Assembly: GCA_030672485.1 (NCBI GenBank)
Contig: DAOVGH010000027.1
Coordinates: 1 to 26,003, forward strand
DNA from: Desulfobacterales bacterium
GTDB lineage: Bacteria; Desulfobacterota; DSM-4660; Desulfatiglandales; B25-G16
Direction: 5' to 3'
DNA: 26,003 nt
Position 1 is the stretch's first letter; each line of letters starts with the position of its first letter. The translations under genes were made by a program, and so were the position numbers. Positions 25,754 to 26,003 of this stretch are shown one piece after another. Below the pieces are notes generated by a model. It saw nothing but the letters and a program-made list of their open reading frames with translations, searched no databases and had not been told where the DNA came from.

Positions 25754-26003
25754 ATGTCTTATGAAACCATTATCTATGAGGTGGAGGAAAATATTGCCGT
25801 CATCAAATTTAACCGGCCCAAGGTCTTAAATGCTATCAATCGGACACTGATACAGGAGCTGAAGGATGCCGTGGAGAGGGTTGCCGCCGATAAATCCATA
25901 AAGGTCCTTATCCTGACGGGAACTGGGGATAAGGCCTTTATTTCAGGGGCAGATATAGCCTTGATGAGGGGTTTTACCCCATTAGAGGGCAGGGCCTTCT
26001 CAA
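25754..26003 (+). CDS. Enoyl-CoA hydratase/crotonase-family protein, 3' partial
   Basis: MSYETIIYEVEENIAVIKFNRPKVLNAIN...VLILTGTGDKAFISGADI (crotonase N-terminus with oxyanion motif); SD AAAGGAG; runs off the window, so absent from the track. Confidence 0.9.
   Translation, partial: MSYETIIYEVEENIAVIKFNRPKVLNAINRTLIQELKDAVERVAADKSIKVLILTGTGDKAFISGADIALMRGFTPLEGRAFS

Noticed and set aside
1-26003. In-frame UGA selenoprotein or SECIS element
   Set aside because: TGA-ending genes checked (M23, uvrB, gmhA) have complete domains, and read-through gives only short non-homologous tails; the bzd genes encode Cys at the cluster positions.
1-26003. CRISPR array, IS element, integrase or prophage genes
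   Set aside because: No regularly spaced 25-40-nt repeats, terminal inverted repeats or recombinase/transposase motifs seen.

Overview
Chromosomal, largely housekeeping region of what looks like a strictly anaerobic, selenocysteine-using Gram-negative bacterium. A Desulfobacterota/'Deltaproteobacteria'-like origin is inferred from gene content, not proven. Left half: a 5'-truncated fusion of pentapeptide repeats and a class I adenylate cyclase, gpmA, tRNA-Sec (selC) behind a perfect sigma70 promoter and followed by an IHF-consensus site, rfbD, pgi, an M23 peptidase, a small conserved ORF, and a minus-strand run gmhA - DHS-like unknown - ispF - cysS - uvrB. Middle: HU, selA, tRNA-His and a site-2 protease. 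Right: a complete Azoarcus-type (bzd) ATP-dependent class I benzoyl-CoA reductase operon (bzdN-O-P-Q, ferredoxin bzdM, bzdV-like oxidoreductase with an extra GIY-YIG-like tail), with a divergent enoyl-CoA hydratase cut by the window end. Best new lead: a 58-aa ORF missing from the supplied track (25305-25481, DUF2080/AbrB-like) plus a GNAT protein head the reductase operon. Their promoter has a perfect 16-bp palindrome in its spacer, which suggests an undescribed microprotein/GNAT regulatory module for anaerobic aromatic degradation. No CRISPR array, transposase or integrase was seen. All family assignments come from motif recognition by eye; no database searches were run.
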